From NCBI GenBank assembly GCA_965215945.1, contig CBDCFC010000025.1:214805-278804 (forward strand): a DNA stretch of 64,000 nt, given 5' to 3'. A model generated the notes under the pieces. It saw only the letters and a list, made by a program, of their open reading frames with translations, was not told the origin of the DNA and made no database searches. Positions 8,639-19,263 of the stretch are shown in pieces; the first letter of the stretch is position 1; each line of letters starts with the position of its first letter. The DNA comes from Arenicellales bacterium (GTDB taxonomy: Bacteria > Pseudomonadota > Gammaproteobacteria > Arenicellales > JAHEKD01). Both the position numbers and the translations under genes were made by a program.

Positions 8639-9472
8639 TTAGAGATTTTCGAAGTAGGTCTCATCAACAATAATTTCTTCGACTATTTTTTCTTTTTTCT
8701 CAATTCCAATATTTAATTCTTTCAATTTGGCAACTAAATCTTCACCATCAATTAAATCTAATGGTGGCGCACCATCTCTTTGTGCTTCTCTCCTAGCATC
8801 TCGCGTAAACGTACCAGTAGCCATCAATAATCCTTTATCAGCTCGCCCAATCATTGCTCCCCTGAAGTCCCTGACAGTCGAGGGAGAAACTGAGCCTTTG
8901 TAGCGCTTACATTGGAAAATAACATGAAAAGATAAAAGGCCGCCTAAACGCACCACTCCCTTGCCATCAATACCACCATCTCCTGATTTTCCAGTTACCT
9001 CTACAGACGTAAAGCCAGACTCACGTAGTATTCTTTGACAGAGTCGTTCGAAAGCATCTGGAGGTATATTTTTTACTATTTCCAACACATGATCTTCCCA
9101 CTGGAGGTCTTCAATTTCTTCCGGTTCTCTTTTCTTTTTATTTAGATTGCTTTTTTTATCAAGATTTTGAACATATTTTTTTACAGCTTCTTTAGATATG
9201 GTTTTTTGTTTTTGTCCCTGTATGGTTAAGGCCCAAATACCTCTAGACGAATTAGTAATAACACCATATCTCTTCAAATATGTTCTTGCCCATGCAAGCC
9301 GATAACTGAACTTAGTTCTGTTACCTCGGTGAAGCTCTGAAACTTGTTTATCCGATAGCGACATAATTTCAGCAACTTTTTCTTCCTGTTCATCAATTGA
9401 AGCAGAGCCTCCTAATTTACGGATTGCCATAAATAATGGTTCAAGAAGTTCATCATATTTTGGAGAAGTCAT
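8639..9472 (-). CDS. mrr: Mrr-type restriction endonuclease (Mrr N-terminal winged helix plus Mrr_cat)
   Basis: 277 aa. It has an N-terminal PLFMAIRKLGGSASIDE-type domain and a C-terminal GDGGIDGKG...FQCKRY...RDFRGA...GLLMATGTFT PD-(D/E)xK core. Confidence 0.8.
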   Translation of the reverse strand: MTSPKYDELLEPLFMAIRKLGGSASIDEQEEKVAEIMSLSDKQVSELHRGNRTKFSYRLAWARTYLKRYGVITNSSRGIWALTIQGQKQKTISKEAVKKYVQNLDKKSNLNKKKREPEEIEDLQWEDHVLEIVKNIPPDAFERLCQRILRESGFTSVEVTGKSGDGGIDGKGVVRLGGLLSFHVIFQCKRYKGSVSPSTVRDFRGAMIGRADKGLLMATGTFTRDARREAQRDGAPPLDLIDGEDLVAKLKELNIGIEKKEKIVEEIIVDETYFENL

Positions 9473-9702
9473 TTTTACTTCCTAAAAACTCTAACAGTAG
9501 GAAAGGAAATTCATAGTTCCATAAAAATTATGGGAAACTGAACATTAAATCCGTTTTTTCTTTCGTTAATCATGAGTTGATATTTTGTTCATCTTTAATA
9601 TTGTCCGTACTCGTTTATGTTTTCTTTAATTATACAACTTAGTATTTTGATCGCCAATTACAGGTTCGACTAGATATCATAAACATGGAACTGGCTTCAA
9701 GC

Positions 9703-9727
9703 AGATTCAGCTTTCGCCAGAATGACG
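9703..9727. repeat. REP-like palindromic unit (short form)
   Basis: AGATTCAGCTTTCGCCAGAATGACG. It belongs to the same family as the units at 25366-25390 and the unit split by the IS at 11.9/13.2 kb. Confidence 0.5.
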
Positions 9728-9835
9728 GGGTGTTGTTAATGCTAAAATGAAGTCAGATTAGTTTTAAGGGATTTTGGCTCCCTGCATTGTCGGGACTGAC
9801 TTCACTAGAATGACGATAATAAACAGGAGGATTTC

Positions 9836-10690
9836 ATGAGTAAAGTTATTTTATTAATTCATGGGCGCAGTAATAAACCGCAGGAAAGTACATTAACAAG
9901 ATGGTGGTTGAATGCGATTAATGATGGTCAAGAGTTTATTGATCGACCTTTGATTAATGAGGCCGTTACTCCTGTGGAGATGGCGTATTATGCCGATATT
10001 TATCATCCCGCTCCTGAAATAGCAGCTGAAGTCAAGGAGCCGTATAGAAGGCCCAAAGCGGGGGCGATAAAGGTTTATAACGATTCCTTGTTCGATTTTT
10101 TGCGAGATATCGGTGGTGAGGTTATTGGAGCCGGGATTGATGCGTTTGAGTCGTTAACAGGAGTATTGTCGACGCTTGCCGGGCAGGTCATCAAAGAGCT
10201 GCAGGCCGATTTGCATAGTTATTATACCGATCAGGCCAGTCGCGATGCGATTCAGCAACGCCTGATTGATAAGATCGTTCAATATCAAAATCACGAAATC
10301 ATTTTGATATCGCATTCCATGGGGAGTATTGTGGCGTATGACGTTTTGCGGCGCATGGGTAAGGATATTCAGTTTAACGGTATTTTTGTTGAGCATTTTG
10401 TGACACTGGGTTCGCCGCTAGGTTTTGCGCCGGTGAAATCAAGAATATTCGATCAGAACAATGGGCAGTTGCGCACGCCGAGTATCGTCAGTCAAAGCTG
10501 GAGTAATTTTGCTGATGGCCGTGATATTGTCACCCTGGACACAAGGTTGTCTGATGATTTTGCCGAGAATAGTCAGGGCATTAAAGTCGTAGACGACAGG
10601 GTGGCCTGTGATTATCCCGACAATCCGCACAAGTCCTATGGTTATTTACGCACGCCGGAATTTTCAGGTTTGTTGAGCGGGTTGCTTTAG
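9836..10690 (+). CDS. uncharacterised serine hydrolase / lipase-like alpha/beta protein
   Basis: 284 aa with a strong Shine-Dalgarno (AGGAGG), an LIHG start and an SHSMGS nucleophile elbow. I could not assign a closer family. Confidence 0.55.
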   Translation: MSKVILLIHGRSNKPQESTLTRWWLNAINDGQEFIDRPLINEAVTPVEMAYYADIYHPAPEIAAEVKEPYRRPKAGAIKVYNDSLFDFLRDIGGEVIGAGIDAFESLTGVLSTLAGQVIKELQADLHSYYTDQASRDAIQQRLIDKIVQYQNHEIILISHSMGSIVAYDVLRRMGKDIQFNGIFVEHFVTLGSPLGFAPVKSRIFDQNNGQLRTPSIVSQSWSNFADGRDIVTLDTRLSDDFAENSQGIKVVDDRVACDYPDNPHKSYGYLRTPEFSGLLSGLL

Positions 10691-10782
10691 TATGATGGAT
10701 ACTATAAGGACACCAAGATTTCTCGATTTGCTTGAAGCCGGGGCATGTAGGTTTCTTGTTACACTCGAACTGACAGAAGAGT

Positions 10783-11775
10783 TCAAACTTTTTGTATATG
10801 CCCAACGGTTTGCAGGTGGCTGTTGAGAATGGTAGGGTGCAAAAATTGTTCGAGTTCGTTTTTCTCTTGTTGATTCAACAAGCCCAACTCATCCAGCAAA
10901 CTGACCAGCAGAAAATTAATGCCTCGTACTGAGCCGTCAGCTATCTTTAACGCCATGCCAAGTTTTTGGTCGCGGTCAATCGCAATGTGATAACCCTCGG
11001 CACCGATTTTGGCCAGTATTCTGCCGTTTGTCGCATTGGTCAGATGAGCAGCCAGCTCATGTGTGCCGGACATATATTCAGGGTATTTGGCAATCGCCTC
11101 TTGTAGTTTATGTGATGCTTGTGATTTGGATTCCTCCAGATTTTCATGGTCAACAAATCTTGCCATGGCATGCGCCATGTCCTTGAGCTTAATTGCAGGT
11201 GCCGGAAAGGTGCAACCATCTACCTGCCAATTAAGTTTTTTTGAGTCGGATTGAATGAAGTAATCCAGATTTTGCAGAAACAATTGCTGCACGGGATGTT
11301 CTAACTGATTGTAACCCTTGGGTTCAAACCCCAAATACTGGCAGACAGTGAGAAACCCTGTGTGCTTGCCCGAACAGTTATGAAAGATACTGTTGCGATC
11401 TTCCCGATTTCTTAGCCTGTTAAGACAGGAGTCCTGATCTAGCGGGTAATCGGGGCCACAAGCAAGGTCATCCGCACTTAAACCGATCAAGTTCAACCAT
11501 TCACTCACCAGCTCAATATGAAACGGTTCACCCATGTGTGAGGCGCAGGTCAAGGATAAATGTCGATGATCGAGGTTATATGCTTCAGCAGCGCCGGTTT
11601 CGATCAGCGCAACAGCCTGGATGAATTTCAGCGCCGAGCGCGGGAAAGTGACCAGTTCCGGATTACCAATTGAATGAACTAATTCACCGGATGAATTGAC
11701 TACCGCTGCGGCGCCGAAGTGAATGCTTTCTTCGACGTCGCCGCGATAAACGCTTACTCTTTTTTCGTAGTCCAT
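10783..11775 (-). CDS. asparaginase family protein (Asparaginase_II type)
   Basis: 330 aa with FPRSALKFIQA, CASHMGE, HNCSGKHTG and DGC motifs in the order expected for this family. Confidence 0.8.
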   Translation of the reverse strand: MDYEKRVSVYRGDVEESIHFGAAAVVNSSGELVHSIGNPELVTFPRSALKFIQAVALIETGAAEAYNLDHRHLSLTCASHMGEPFHIELVSEWLNLIGLSADDLACGPDYPLDQDSCLNRLRNREDRNSIFHNCSGKHTGFLTVCQYLGFEPKGYNQLEHPVQQLFLQNLDYFIQSDSKKLNWQVDGCTFPAPAIKLKDMAHAMARFVDHENLEESKSQASHKLQEAIAKYPEYMSGTHELAAHLTNATNGRILAKIGAEGYHIAIDRDQKLGMALKIADGSVRGINFLLVSLLDELGLLNQQEKNELEQFLHPTILNSHLQTVGHIQKV

Positions 11776-11931
11776 GTTTAAAGTATATATGTTTTGCTAT
11801 CAGTTATTTATACTGCCTGAAGTGTTCAGACTGTATTTTTTAGAGTCTCTTACAAAAATTCATTAATTTTGCATTTATTCGTAATCATGCTATTTAATTT
11901 AGGAAATACTCTAGGAGATTCTGGCCTTCGC

Positions 11932-13229
11932 CCACTGCTGTCCGGAATAAAAGATGTTGATGGTAGTGAAAGTGTTGCAGTGCGTGGGTTTTAAGGCTAA
12001 AACCCACACTGTCAACTTAAAACTAAGGCACTGCAACATGTATAGTAATACCCGATTTAGTGAATTATTGAAAGGCTTTCCGAAACAAAGTTTTCAGCAA
12101 TGTGTTCAACGCTATCAAGGCGATAAACACAGTAAAGGGTTTCGCTGTTTTGATCAGCTCATGGCGATGATGTACGGTCAATGAGCCGATTGCCGTTCCT
12201 TAAGAGAACTGGAAGCGGGGTTTAATGCCCAATGCGTCCATCATTACCACTTAGGCACCCGATCAATCAAGCGTTCGACCCTTTCCGATGCAAATGCGAA
12301 ACGTAGTGTTGAGATGTATAGTGCGTTCTGCGGTCAGTTACTGACGCAGGTGCATCGTCAATTGAAACGTGAGGTGAGTGATTTGTTGTATGTGCTGGAT
12401 TCAACCCCGATTCGGCTGAGTGGCCGAGGCTATGAGTGGGTACACGGTCATAGTCAACCGCATATTCCAGGCTTAAAGTTACATGTGCTCTATGCTCACG
12501 AGCAGGCCTTGCCTTGTGAGGTACAGATTACGGCATCGAAGGTCAATGATGTTGAGTTTGGCCGGGATATTAGTGCTGACCCTCACGCAACCTATGTGTT
12601 TGACAAAGGCTATTGTGACTATAATTGGTGGCATCAGCTGGATCAAGCGGGCAGTTATTTTGTCACCCGGTTCAAGCGTAATGCCGCGTTACGGCTGATT
12701 GAACAACGTGCCATCGAGTCTCAAGATGCTGAGATTATTTTAGCCGATGAGCTGGTCTGTTTTAAAAACAAACGCCCTGGGGGCGCACGGATCAATCCCT
12801 ATACCCAACCGCTGCGCCGGATTGTGGTGCAGCGGGAAGATCACCAGCAGCCGTTGATTATCGCCACCAATGATCTAACGAGCCGTGCCGGTGAGATCGC
12901 TCAAGTCTACAAACAGCGTTGGGGGATTGAATTGTGGTTTAAATGGTTAAAACAACGTTTGAAGATCAAACAGTTCTTTGGGCGCAGTGACAATGCAGTA
13001 CGAATTCAAATTCTAATCGCTTTAATTACGTATTTATTGCTGTATCAGTACCATCAACGCTCACAGACAACACAGGGTATCTATTTGTGGTTAGCGGCAC
13101 TTAGAGCAACTTTATTCCAACGCCCAGAGAGTGAATATATACGCTATAAAAAACGTCAACGGCAAACTCAATTCAACCTGCAACAACAACACCTATTACC
13201 TATATGAAATTATTCCGGACAGCAGTGGG
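11932..13229 (+). mobile_element. IS4-family insertion sequence (about 1.3 kb)
   Basis: Perfect 20-bp terminal inverted repeats: CCCACTGCTGTCCGGAATAA at 11931-11950 and its reverse complement at 13210-13229. Flanking direct repeat cCTTCGC / aCTTCGC. Single DDE transposase frame. Confidence 0.85.
12038..13207 (+). pseudogene. IS4-family DDE transposase (DUF4372-type N-terminus) interrupted by an in-frame TGA
   Basis: ORFs 11954-12184 and 12314-13207 are in the same frame. The sequence reads ...MAMMYGQ*ADCRSLRELEAGF..., with TGA at 12182-12184 where this family normally continues. Confidence 0.8.
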
Positions 13230-13312
13230 ACTTCGCCAGAATGACTGACGAGTTTGTATAGTTAAATTGACAGTTATCCAATGCAGTTAACTCTGTCAAC
13301 TATTTGCGTTAT

Positions 13313-14458
13313 TTATTTGTACGGATCGGCCGCATCACGAAGTCCATCGCCAAGGAAATTGAATCCTAAGATAACGATGATTACCGGAATTACCGGAATC
13401 ATTAGCCAGGGGTAAAGGGCGACCACATTGATATTTTGCGCTTCGTTGAGCAATACACCCCAACTGGTGATGGGCGGCCGTAGCCCCAGGCCCAGAAAGC
13501 TCAAGGCGGTTTCACCGAGTATCATTCCCGGAATTGACAATGAGGCCGAGGCAATCAAATGGCTCATGAATCCCGGCAATAAATGTTTGCCGATAATACG
13601 TTTTGGTTTCGCGCCCATGAGTTGTGCTGCGGTGCAGTAATCTTCTTCTCTCAGCGCCAATAACTTCGAGCGGACAGCCCGGGCCAAGGATGTCCAGTCG
13701 AGTAACGCCAGGATAATCGTGATTCCAAAAAAGATCAGCAGCGGGCTCCAGGTGACCGGCAAGACAGCTGATAACGCCATCCATAATGGCAGTTCCGGGA
13801 AAGAGCGCAGTATTTCCATGAAGCGTTGAATGACGTTGTCGATCCAGCCGCCGTAATAGCCGGCGATGCCGCCGATAATTATTCCCAAAGTAAAGCTGAC
13901 GATGATACCAATCAGGCCGATGGTCAATGAAATGCGCGCACCATGAAAAATGCGCGAGTACATATCGCGGCCCAGGCGATCTGTTCCCATTAAAAAGAAT
14001 TGCCCGTCCTCAGCGGGGCAAACAAAATGCCTGTCTGTTTCAAATAGACCCCAGAATTTATAATCATCACCCTTGCAGAAAAAACGCAGTTTGTCGATCT
14101 TTTCCGGGTTAGTTGTGTATTCACGTTTAAGGTTTTCCATATTAAGCTGGTAATCCAGACCATAAACAAACGGGCCTATGAATTCCCCTTGATGGAAAAA
14201 ATGAACCTGCTGCGGCGGCGCATAAATATAATCGGTATTGCGGGTATGCAGGTTATACGGGGTTAAAAACTCACAGAATAGCGCACCGAAATACATGAAA
14301 AATAAAACAATGGAAGAAACAACCGCGAGTTTGTGGCGCTTTAGCTTCCACCACATCAACTGCCACTGGGAAGCGAAATAATAGCGTTCTTGCTCTTCGG
14401 TTAGCTGCTCGACCGAATAAGGATCAAAAGGTTTATCTGATACAAAGTGCTGTGTCAT
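13313..14458 (-). CDS. ABC transporter permease (OppC/DppC/YejE-like)
   Basis: 381 aa, multi-TM, with a binding-protein-dependent transport motif region (LMGAKPKRIIGKHLLP). Last gene of the operon. Confidence 0.85.
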   Translation of the reverse strand: MTQHFVSDKPFDPYSVEQLTEEQERYYFASQWQLMWWKLKRHKLAVVSSIVLFFMYFGALFCEFLTPYNLHTRNTDYIYAPPQQVHFFHQGEFIGPFVYGLDYQLNMENLKREYTTNPEKIDKLRFFCKGDDYKFWGLFETDRHFVCPAEDGQFFLMGTDRLGRDMYSRIFHGARISLTIGLIGIIVSFTLGIIIGGIAGYYGGWIDNVIQRFMEILRSFPELPLWMALSAVLPVTWSPLLIFFGITIILALLDWTSLARAVRSKLLALREEDYCTAAQLMGAKPKRIIGKHLLPGFMSHLIASASLSIPGMILGETALSFLGLGLRPPITSWGVLLNEAQNINVVALYPWLMIPVIPVIIVILGFNFLGDGLRDAADPYK

Positions 14459-14468
14459 TTAGTCTGAC

Positions 14469-15467
14469 TCATTTTGTTATTTCACCTTGCAGTCGAATTC
14501 GCGGGTCGGTCACTGCCAGTAGCAGATCGGATATCAATACACCAATAACGGTGAGCATTGCCAAAAACATCAAAAACGATCCGGCCAGGTACATGTCCTG
14601 GCTTTGCAGGGCATTGAGCAGCATCGGACCGGTTGTCGGCAGCGATAAAACAACCGCCGTAATTTCAGCGCCGGAAATAACACTGGGCAATAAGCTACCG
14701 ATATCGGCGATAAAAAAGTTAAGCGCCATTCGCAGCGGATATTTGCGCACCAGTTTGCCCTCTTTCATGCCCTTGGCGCGGGCAGTGGTGACGTATTGTT
14801 TTTGTAATTCATCTAGCAGGTTTGCACGCAAGCGGCGAATCATTCCCGCAGTGCCGGATGTGCCGATAACGATTACCGGAATCCAAAGATGTTCCAGCAC
14901 CGATTTGATCTTGGCCCAGCTCCAGGGTTGGTCGATGAATTCGGGCTCCATCAATCCGCCAATTGAAATGCCAAAATAAACATTGGCCAGATAAAGCATA
15001 ACCAATGCCAACAAAAAATTGGGCGTGGCCAGGCCGATAAAACCAAGCAGGCTCAAACCATAGTCACCCCAACTATATTGATGGGTCGCAGAATAAATGC
15101 CTATGGGAAAGGCAATCATCCAGGTAAATATAATTGTTACAACTGAAATTATGACGGTAAGAAACATTCGGTCGCCGACGACTTCTCTCACCGGCAGATC
15201 GAATTCAAATGAATAACCCAGATCACCTTGTAACAGACCTTTAGCCCAGACGAAATATTGCTCGTACAAGGGTTTGTCCAGCCCATATTCCTGGCGCAGG
15301 AATTGAATTTTGGCATCGTCAACCGACTCTCCCTGGCTTTGTAGTTCGGCAATATAGCTTTCAAGATAATCGCCGGGAGGCAGTTGAATAATAATAAAAA
15401 CCAAAACACTGATCACAAACAGCGTTGGAATCATCAACAACAGTCGCTTAAATACAAAACTCAGCAT
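14469..15467 (-). CDS. ABC transporter permease (OppB/DppB/YejB-like)
   Basis: 332 aa, starting MLSFVFKRLLLMIPTLFVISVLVF, with the TARAKGMKE EAA-loop region. Confidence 0.85.
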   Translation of the reverse strand: MLSFVFKRLLLMIPTLFVISVLVFIIIQLPPGDYLESYIAELQSQGESVDDAKIQFLRQEYGLDKPLYEQYFVWAKGLLQGDLGYSFEFDLPVREVVGDRMFLTVIISVVTIIFTWMIAFPIGIYSATHQYSWGDYGLSLLGFIGLATPNFLLALVMLYLANVYFGISIGGLMEPEFIDQPWSWAKIKSVLEHLWIPVIVIGTSGTAGMIRRLRANLLDELQKQYVTTARAKGMKEGKLVRKYPLRMALNFFIADIGSLLPSVISGAEITAVVLSLPTTGPMLLNALQSQDMYLAGSFLMFLAMLTVIGVLISDLLLAVTDPRIRLQGEITK

Positions 15468-17359
15468 TATTGTTCAAACCAGAAAATGTCCGGACGATAA
15501 ACACCGAAATAAGAAGTGGGTGACCAGGCGTAAATGGCATCCTGCGGAACATTGCGTAAAGCACGATTGACCACAATAGGTTGCGGAACCGAGTTGATGA
15601 TACCGATGCTGTAAACTTGTTCACAATAAGTTTCCAGCATCTGTTGCCAAATCTGTTCCTGTTCAGCCGAACTGGTTGCCTGACGCCATTGTTCATTGAG
15701 TTCAAATAATTTTTTGGCTTCAGCCAGATCAGGCGGCTCACCGCGTTCGCCTTTGGTTTCAAAGAACTGTCCCCACTTGGGCCATTGATATTGATCCTGT
15801 GAGGTCGGAGCTAACTCATGTGGGCTCATGTCGGCTGTTGGGATGCCGTTTTCCAGGCCGCTCCAGATCGACATCATGGCTTCGCCTGAAAAAACCCGTT
15901 CTCTAAAGACTTCACGTTGGGAAGGCTTGGTATAAATTTTGATGCCGAGTTGCAGCCAGCTGTCATGCAGCAGTTCGAGAATATCCGTTTCCTCGGTGCT
16001 CTCACCGGCAGTATGGATAATGATTTCCAGCGGTTTGCCATCCGGACGCAGGCGCAGGCTTTTTTTATTCCGCTTATCCAGTCCAACCTCATCGAGTAAT
16101 TGATTGGCCTGATCGGGATCATAAACTGCCCAACGCTGTTGTAAATCCGGTTTATGGAAAATGTTATCCGGCAAGACAGTATTATTACTTTCGTTGGTCA
16201 GCCCAAAGTAAACAACCTGGTTGATTTCATAACGGTTAACACCCAGAGAAAGTGCACGGCGGAACCTGGCATCCCTAACCAGCTCGCGCCAGACTGGGTC
16301 TTTGCTGTTGAGGTTTGGATATAATGCTTTATGTGCGCCATTAATCGTACGCCATAGCCTGACATCATAGTCGTTACGTTTTTCACCTTCTTTTAAAAAA
16401 GTGTAATTATCCAGGCGCAAATAATGACCCTGAAGATCAGATTCGCCAGAACCGGCTTTTGCTGGAATTAGGCTGCTTGAAACAATATTAATGATAACTT
16501 CGTCAATGTACGGCATTTGTCTGCCGTTAATATCAACGCGATGGAAATACGGGTTGCGTTTGAATACATAACGTTCGGCGGGTTGTTTGGTGGTATTGAC
16601 CCAGGGTTGCAGTGACGGCAGTCTTGGATTGGTTAATTTGTATTGCCTGGCCTTTTTTAAATAATAGCCGGCCCAGTTACGTTTGCCTGATTCTTCTGCT
16701 TGTTGTTGTAATTGCTCAGGGTCGGAATAGTTTGGATGATATTTTTTTAAATAGTGCATGGGTTGATAAATGAACAGAGGCCTTGGGGCAGCCAACTCGG
16801 GTAGAAAATAAGGATTAGGCTGTGACCAGCGATAAATAACGGTATGATCATCAGGAAATTCAACCTCCGGTAATTGCCCGTCAACCAGTAATGCTTTAGG
16901 TGGGCCAAATGGATTCAGATCTTTGTTGTTGGCAACGTCTTCCCAGTAATATTTAAAGTCATCGGCAGTGAGTGGATGGCCATCAGACCAACGATGACCT
17001 TTGCGCAGTTTAAAGATGAATTCTTTGTTATCACGATTTTCGTAAGACTCGGCAATATCTGCAATCAGTTCGAGCTTGGCGTTATAGCCCACAACTCGGG
17101 AATAGCCATAAACCACCATGCGCCTGATGTCTTTGTCCTTGGCCATTAGCATATTGAGCTGACCGCCATAAACACCGGGTGATTTGTTACCTAGCTTTTC
17201 ATCCATCAATAAAGGTGTCTGTGGAAGACGTTCAGCAAGCGGTGGTAACTCTCCGCTGGTTAGCTGTTCATTGAAATAATCGGGTTCCAGCGATGCGCCG
17301 AATACTATCTGGCTAACACAAAGCACTAAAAAGAATGGACCTTTGAGTAACTTGATCAT
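15467..17359 (-). CDS. ABC transporter substrate-binding protein, family 5 (peptide/opine type)
   Basis: 630 aa with an N-terminal signal peptide. Its size and position between the ATPase and permease genes fit this role. The stop/start abuts its neighbours. Confidence 0.85.
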   Translation of the reverse strand: MIKLLKGPFFLVLCVSQIVFGASLEPDYFNEQLTSGELPPLAERLPQTPLLMDEKLGNKSPGVYGGQLNMLMAKDKDIRRMVVYGYSRVVGYNAKLELIADIAESYENRDNKEFIFKLRKGHRWSDGHPLTADDFKYYWEDVANNKDLNPFGPPKALLVDGQLPEVEFPDDHTVIYRWSQPNPYFLPELAAPRPLFIYQPMHYLKKYHPNYSDPEQLQQQAEESGKRNWAGYYLKKARQYKLTNPRLPSLQPWVNTTKQPAERYVFKRNPYFHRVDINGRQMPYIDEVIINIVSSSLIPAKAGSGESDLQGHYLRLDNYTFLKEGEKRNDYDVRLWRTINGAHKALYPNLNSKDPVWRELVRDARFRRALSLGVNRYEINQVVYFGLTNESNNTVLPDNIFHKPDLQQRWAVYDPDQANQLLDEVGLDKRNKKSLRLRPDGKPLEIIIHTAGESTEETDILELLHDSWLQLGIKIYTKPSQREVFRERVFSGEAMMSIWSGLENGIPTADMSPHELAPTSQDQYQWPKWGQFFETKGERGEPPDLAEAKKLFELNEQWRQATSSAEQEQIWQQMLETYCEQVYSIGIINSVPQPIVVNRALRNVPQDAIYAWSPTSYFGVYRPDIFWFEQ

Positions 17360-19216
17360 TTAGTTAACGGTTGTCTGCACGAAATGATCGCTTGCCACAG
17401 CCTGTAGCTGTGTGGGGTTTTTAGGGCCGCAAGTGTAGGGCGATGGCCAGGCGGTAGGCTCGGATGATTTGCCATCCATGACCAGTTCGAAGTCCAGCGG
17501 TTTATCCAAATCAGGAAATGGCACCGCATTCAAAAGTGCCCTGGTATAAGGATGCACAGGATTGTTGAATAGCGCTTCTTTAGGTGCGATTTCCACCAGA
17601 CGTCCCCGGCACATGACTGCAATCCGGTCAGCAATATAATCGACCACGGCCAGATTGTGTGAAATAAAAATATAGGTGAGGTTCAATTCATCTTGTAAAT
17701 CTTTTAGCAGATTTAAGACCTGGGCCTGAATCGAAACATCCAGGGCAGACACAGGTTCATCACAAATAATCAAATCCGGTTTAAGCGCTAACGCGCGGGC
17801 GATGCCAAGTCGTTGTCGTTGACCGCCGGAAAAGCTATGCGGATAACGACTTAAATATCGCGGGTCCAAACCCACTAGCCGCATCAGCTCTTTGACCATT
17901 TTAATTTGATAAGTTTCGTCACCGATGTTATGAATCACCAACGGCTCACGGATGATGTCATACACTGTCATTCTCGGATTTAAAGAACTAAACGGGTCTT
18001 GAAAAATGAATTGCATTTTTGTTCTGAAATCAAACAAAGCCTGATCTTCCAGGGCCAGTACATCAGTGGCATCTTCTGAATCGAAATAACTGATTTGACC
18101 GGAGTCAGGTCGAAGCGCTCTCATCAATATTTTTGACAGCGTGGTTTTTCCGCATCCGCTTTCACCGACAAGACCAAAACATTCGCCTCGTTTAACATCA
18201 AAGCTGACGTCGTCAACGGCACGAATGACCTTGTGTTCAGATTTGCCAAACATTGGCTTATGCCGAATCTGAAAAGTGCGGGTTAAATTTTTTACACTCA
18301 GATGAATCGGGTTCAGTTTCTGGTTTTCAGTTTGCGCTTTATCTTTTAGCAGCACGCCTAACTCCGACTCAAGTTCGCGCACTGGCTTTAGACGTTCGTC
18401 AGGTTTCATGTCGAAGTGAGGAACCGCCTGCATTAACGCTTTTAGATAAGGGTGTTGTGGATTTGTGTAAATATCATTGACATCGCCACTTTCCATTATT
18501 TCCCCGCCATACATGACCACTACCTCATCGGCGACATTTGCGACCACGCCTAAATCATGAGTAATCATTAAAACTGACATCTCAAGTTCTTGCTGTAAGT
18601 CTTTGATTAGTTTTAATATTTGTGCCTGGATAGTTACGTCTAATGCGGTGGTGGGTTCATCGGCTATCAACAGGACCGGTTTGCAGACCAGCGCCATCGC
18701 GATCATGGCTCGCTGGCGTAAACCGCCCGATAACTCAAAAGGATAGGTTTTCAAAGCCCGATCTGGATCCGGAAAACCCACCATGTCCAGCATCTGTCGA
18801 GTAAGTCCGGTCGCTTGTTTTGAATCCACATTTTGATGTAATAAAACTGATTCATTGATTTGGTTGCCGATGGTATGCAATGGCGATAATGACACCATAG
18901 GTTCCTGAAAAATCATTGAGATTTTTCCACCACGAATGTCCCTCATTTGTTCACTGTCTGCTTTTAACTGAGCAATGTCGATAGCAGCTTTGTCTTTATC
19001 GGTTTGCAACAAAATCTGACCGGCGGAGATTTGCCCGGTTTTTGGTAGAATCCGCATAATGGCCTGGGCAGTGACAGATTTGCCCGAGCCGGACTCGCCA
19101 ACAAGTGCCACAGTTTTGCCATGTGGAATTTTGAATGATACATCTCGCACCGCAGCAACTGTTCCACCGTGCAAGGCAAATTCGATTTTTAGATTCCTGA
19201 TATCCAGGACATTCAT
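17360..19216 (-). CDS. fused double ATP-binding protein of the peptide-type ABC importer (YejF/DppDF-like)
   Basis: 618 aa with two complete NBDs: GESGSGKS and GESGCGKT Walker A, LSGGLRQR and FSGGQRQR signatures, and two Walker B motifs. Confidence 0.9.
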   Translation of the reverse strand: MNVLDIRNLKIEFALHGGTVAAVRDVSFKIPHGKTVALVGESGSGKSVTAQAIMRILPKTGQISAGQILLQTDKDKAAIDIAQLKADSEQMRDIRGGKISMIFQEPMVSLSPLHTIGNQINESVLLHQNVDSKQATGLTRQMLDMVGFPDPDRALKTYPFELSGGLRQRAMIAMALVCKPVLLIADEPTTALDVTIQAQILKLIKDLQQELEMSVLMITHDLGVVANVADEVVVMYGGEIMESGDVNDIYTNPQHPYLKALMQAVPHFDMKPDERLKPVRELESELGVLLKDKAQTENQKLNPIHLSVKNLTRTFQIRHKPMFGKSEHKVIRAVDDVSFDVKRGECFGLVGESGCGKTTLSKILMRALRPDSGQISYFDSEDATDVLALEDQALFDFRTKMQFIFQDPFSSLNPRMTVYDIIREPLVIHNIGDETYQIKMVKELMRLVGLDPRYLSRYPHSFSGGQRQRLGIARALALKPDLIICDEPVSALDVSIQAQVLNLLKDLQDELNLTYIFISHNLAVVDYIADRIAVMCRGRLVEIAPKEALFNNPVHPYTRALLNAVPFPDLDKPLDFELVMDGKSSEPTAWPSPYTCGPKNPTQLQAVASDHFVQTTVN

Positions 19217-19263
19217 GAATTGTTAAAACCCATCCGTGTGAGAACTCTAAAGTATATCAATTA

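Noticed and set aside
9655-9675. A tRNA-like T-arm string (CAGGTTCGACTAG) that might mark a tRNA or an integration att site bordering the Mrr islet.
   Set aside because: There is no complementary T-stem, acceptor stem or anticodon arm around it. I found no matching direct repeat at the other end of the islet.
12182-12184. In-frame TGA codons (12182 in the transposase and 54942 in a signal-peptide-like ORF) as selenocysteine or reassigned sense codons.
   Set aside because: Many genes in the window terminate normally with TGA. I saw no SECIS-like hairpin immediately downstream. The M24 gene carries an in-frame TAA, so ordinary nonsense mutations explain all three.
14452-14979. Long ORFs antisense to well-supported genes: 14452-14979, 48521-49168, 35696-36154, 51720-52115, 26342-26743, 57401-57790, 23064-23324 and many 60-100 aa ones.
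   Set aside because: Each lies fully inside, and opposite to, a gene with clear family motifs. Their translations are low-complexity or Ser/Arg/Pro-rich mirror-frame products with no start context. I treated them as shadow ORFs.
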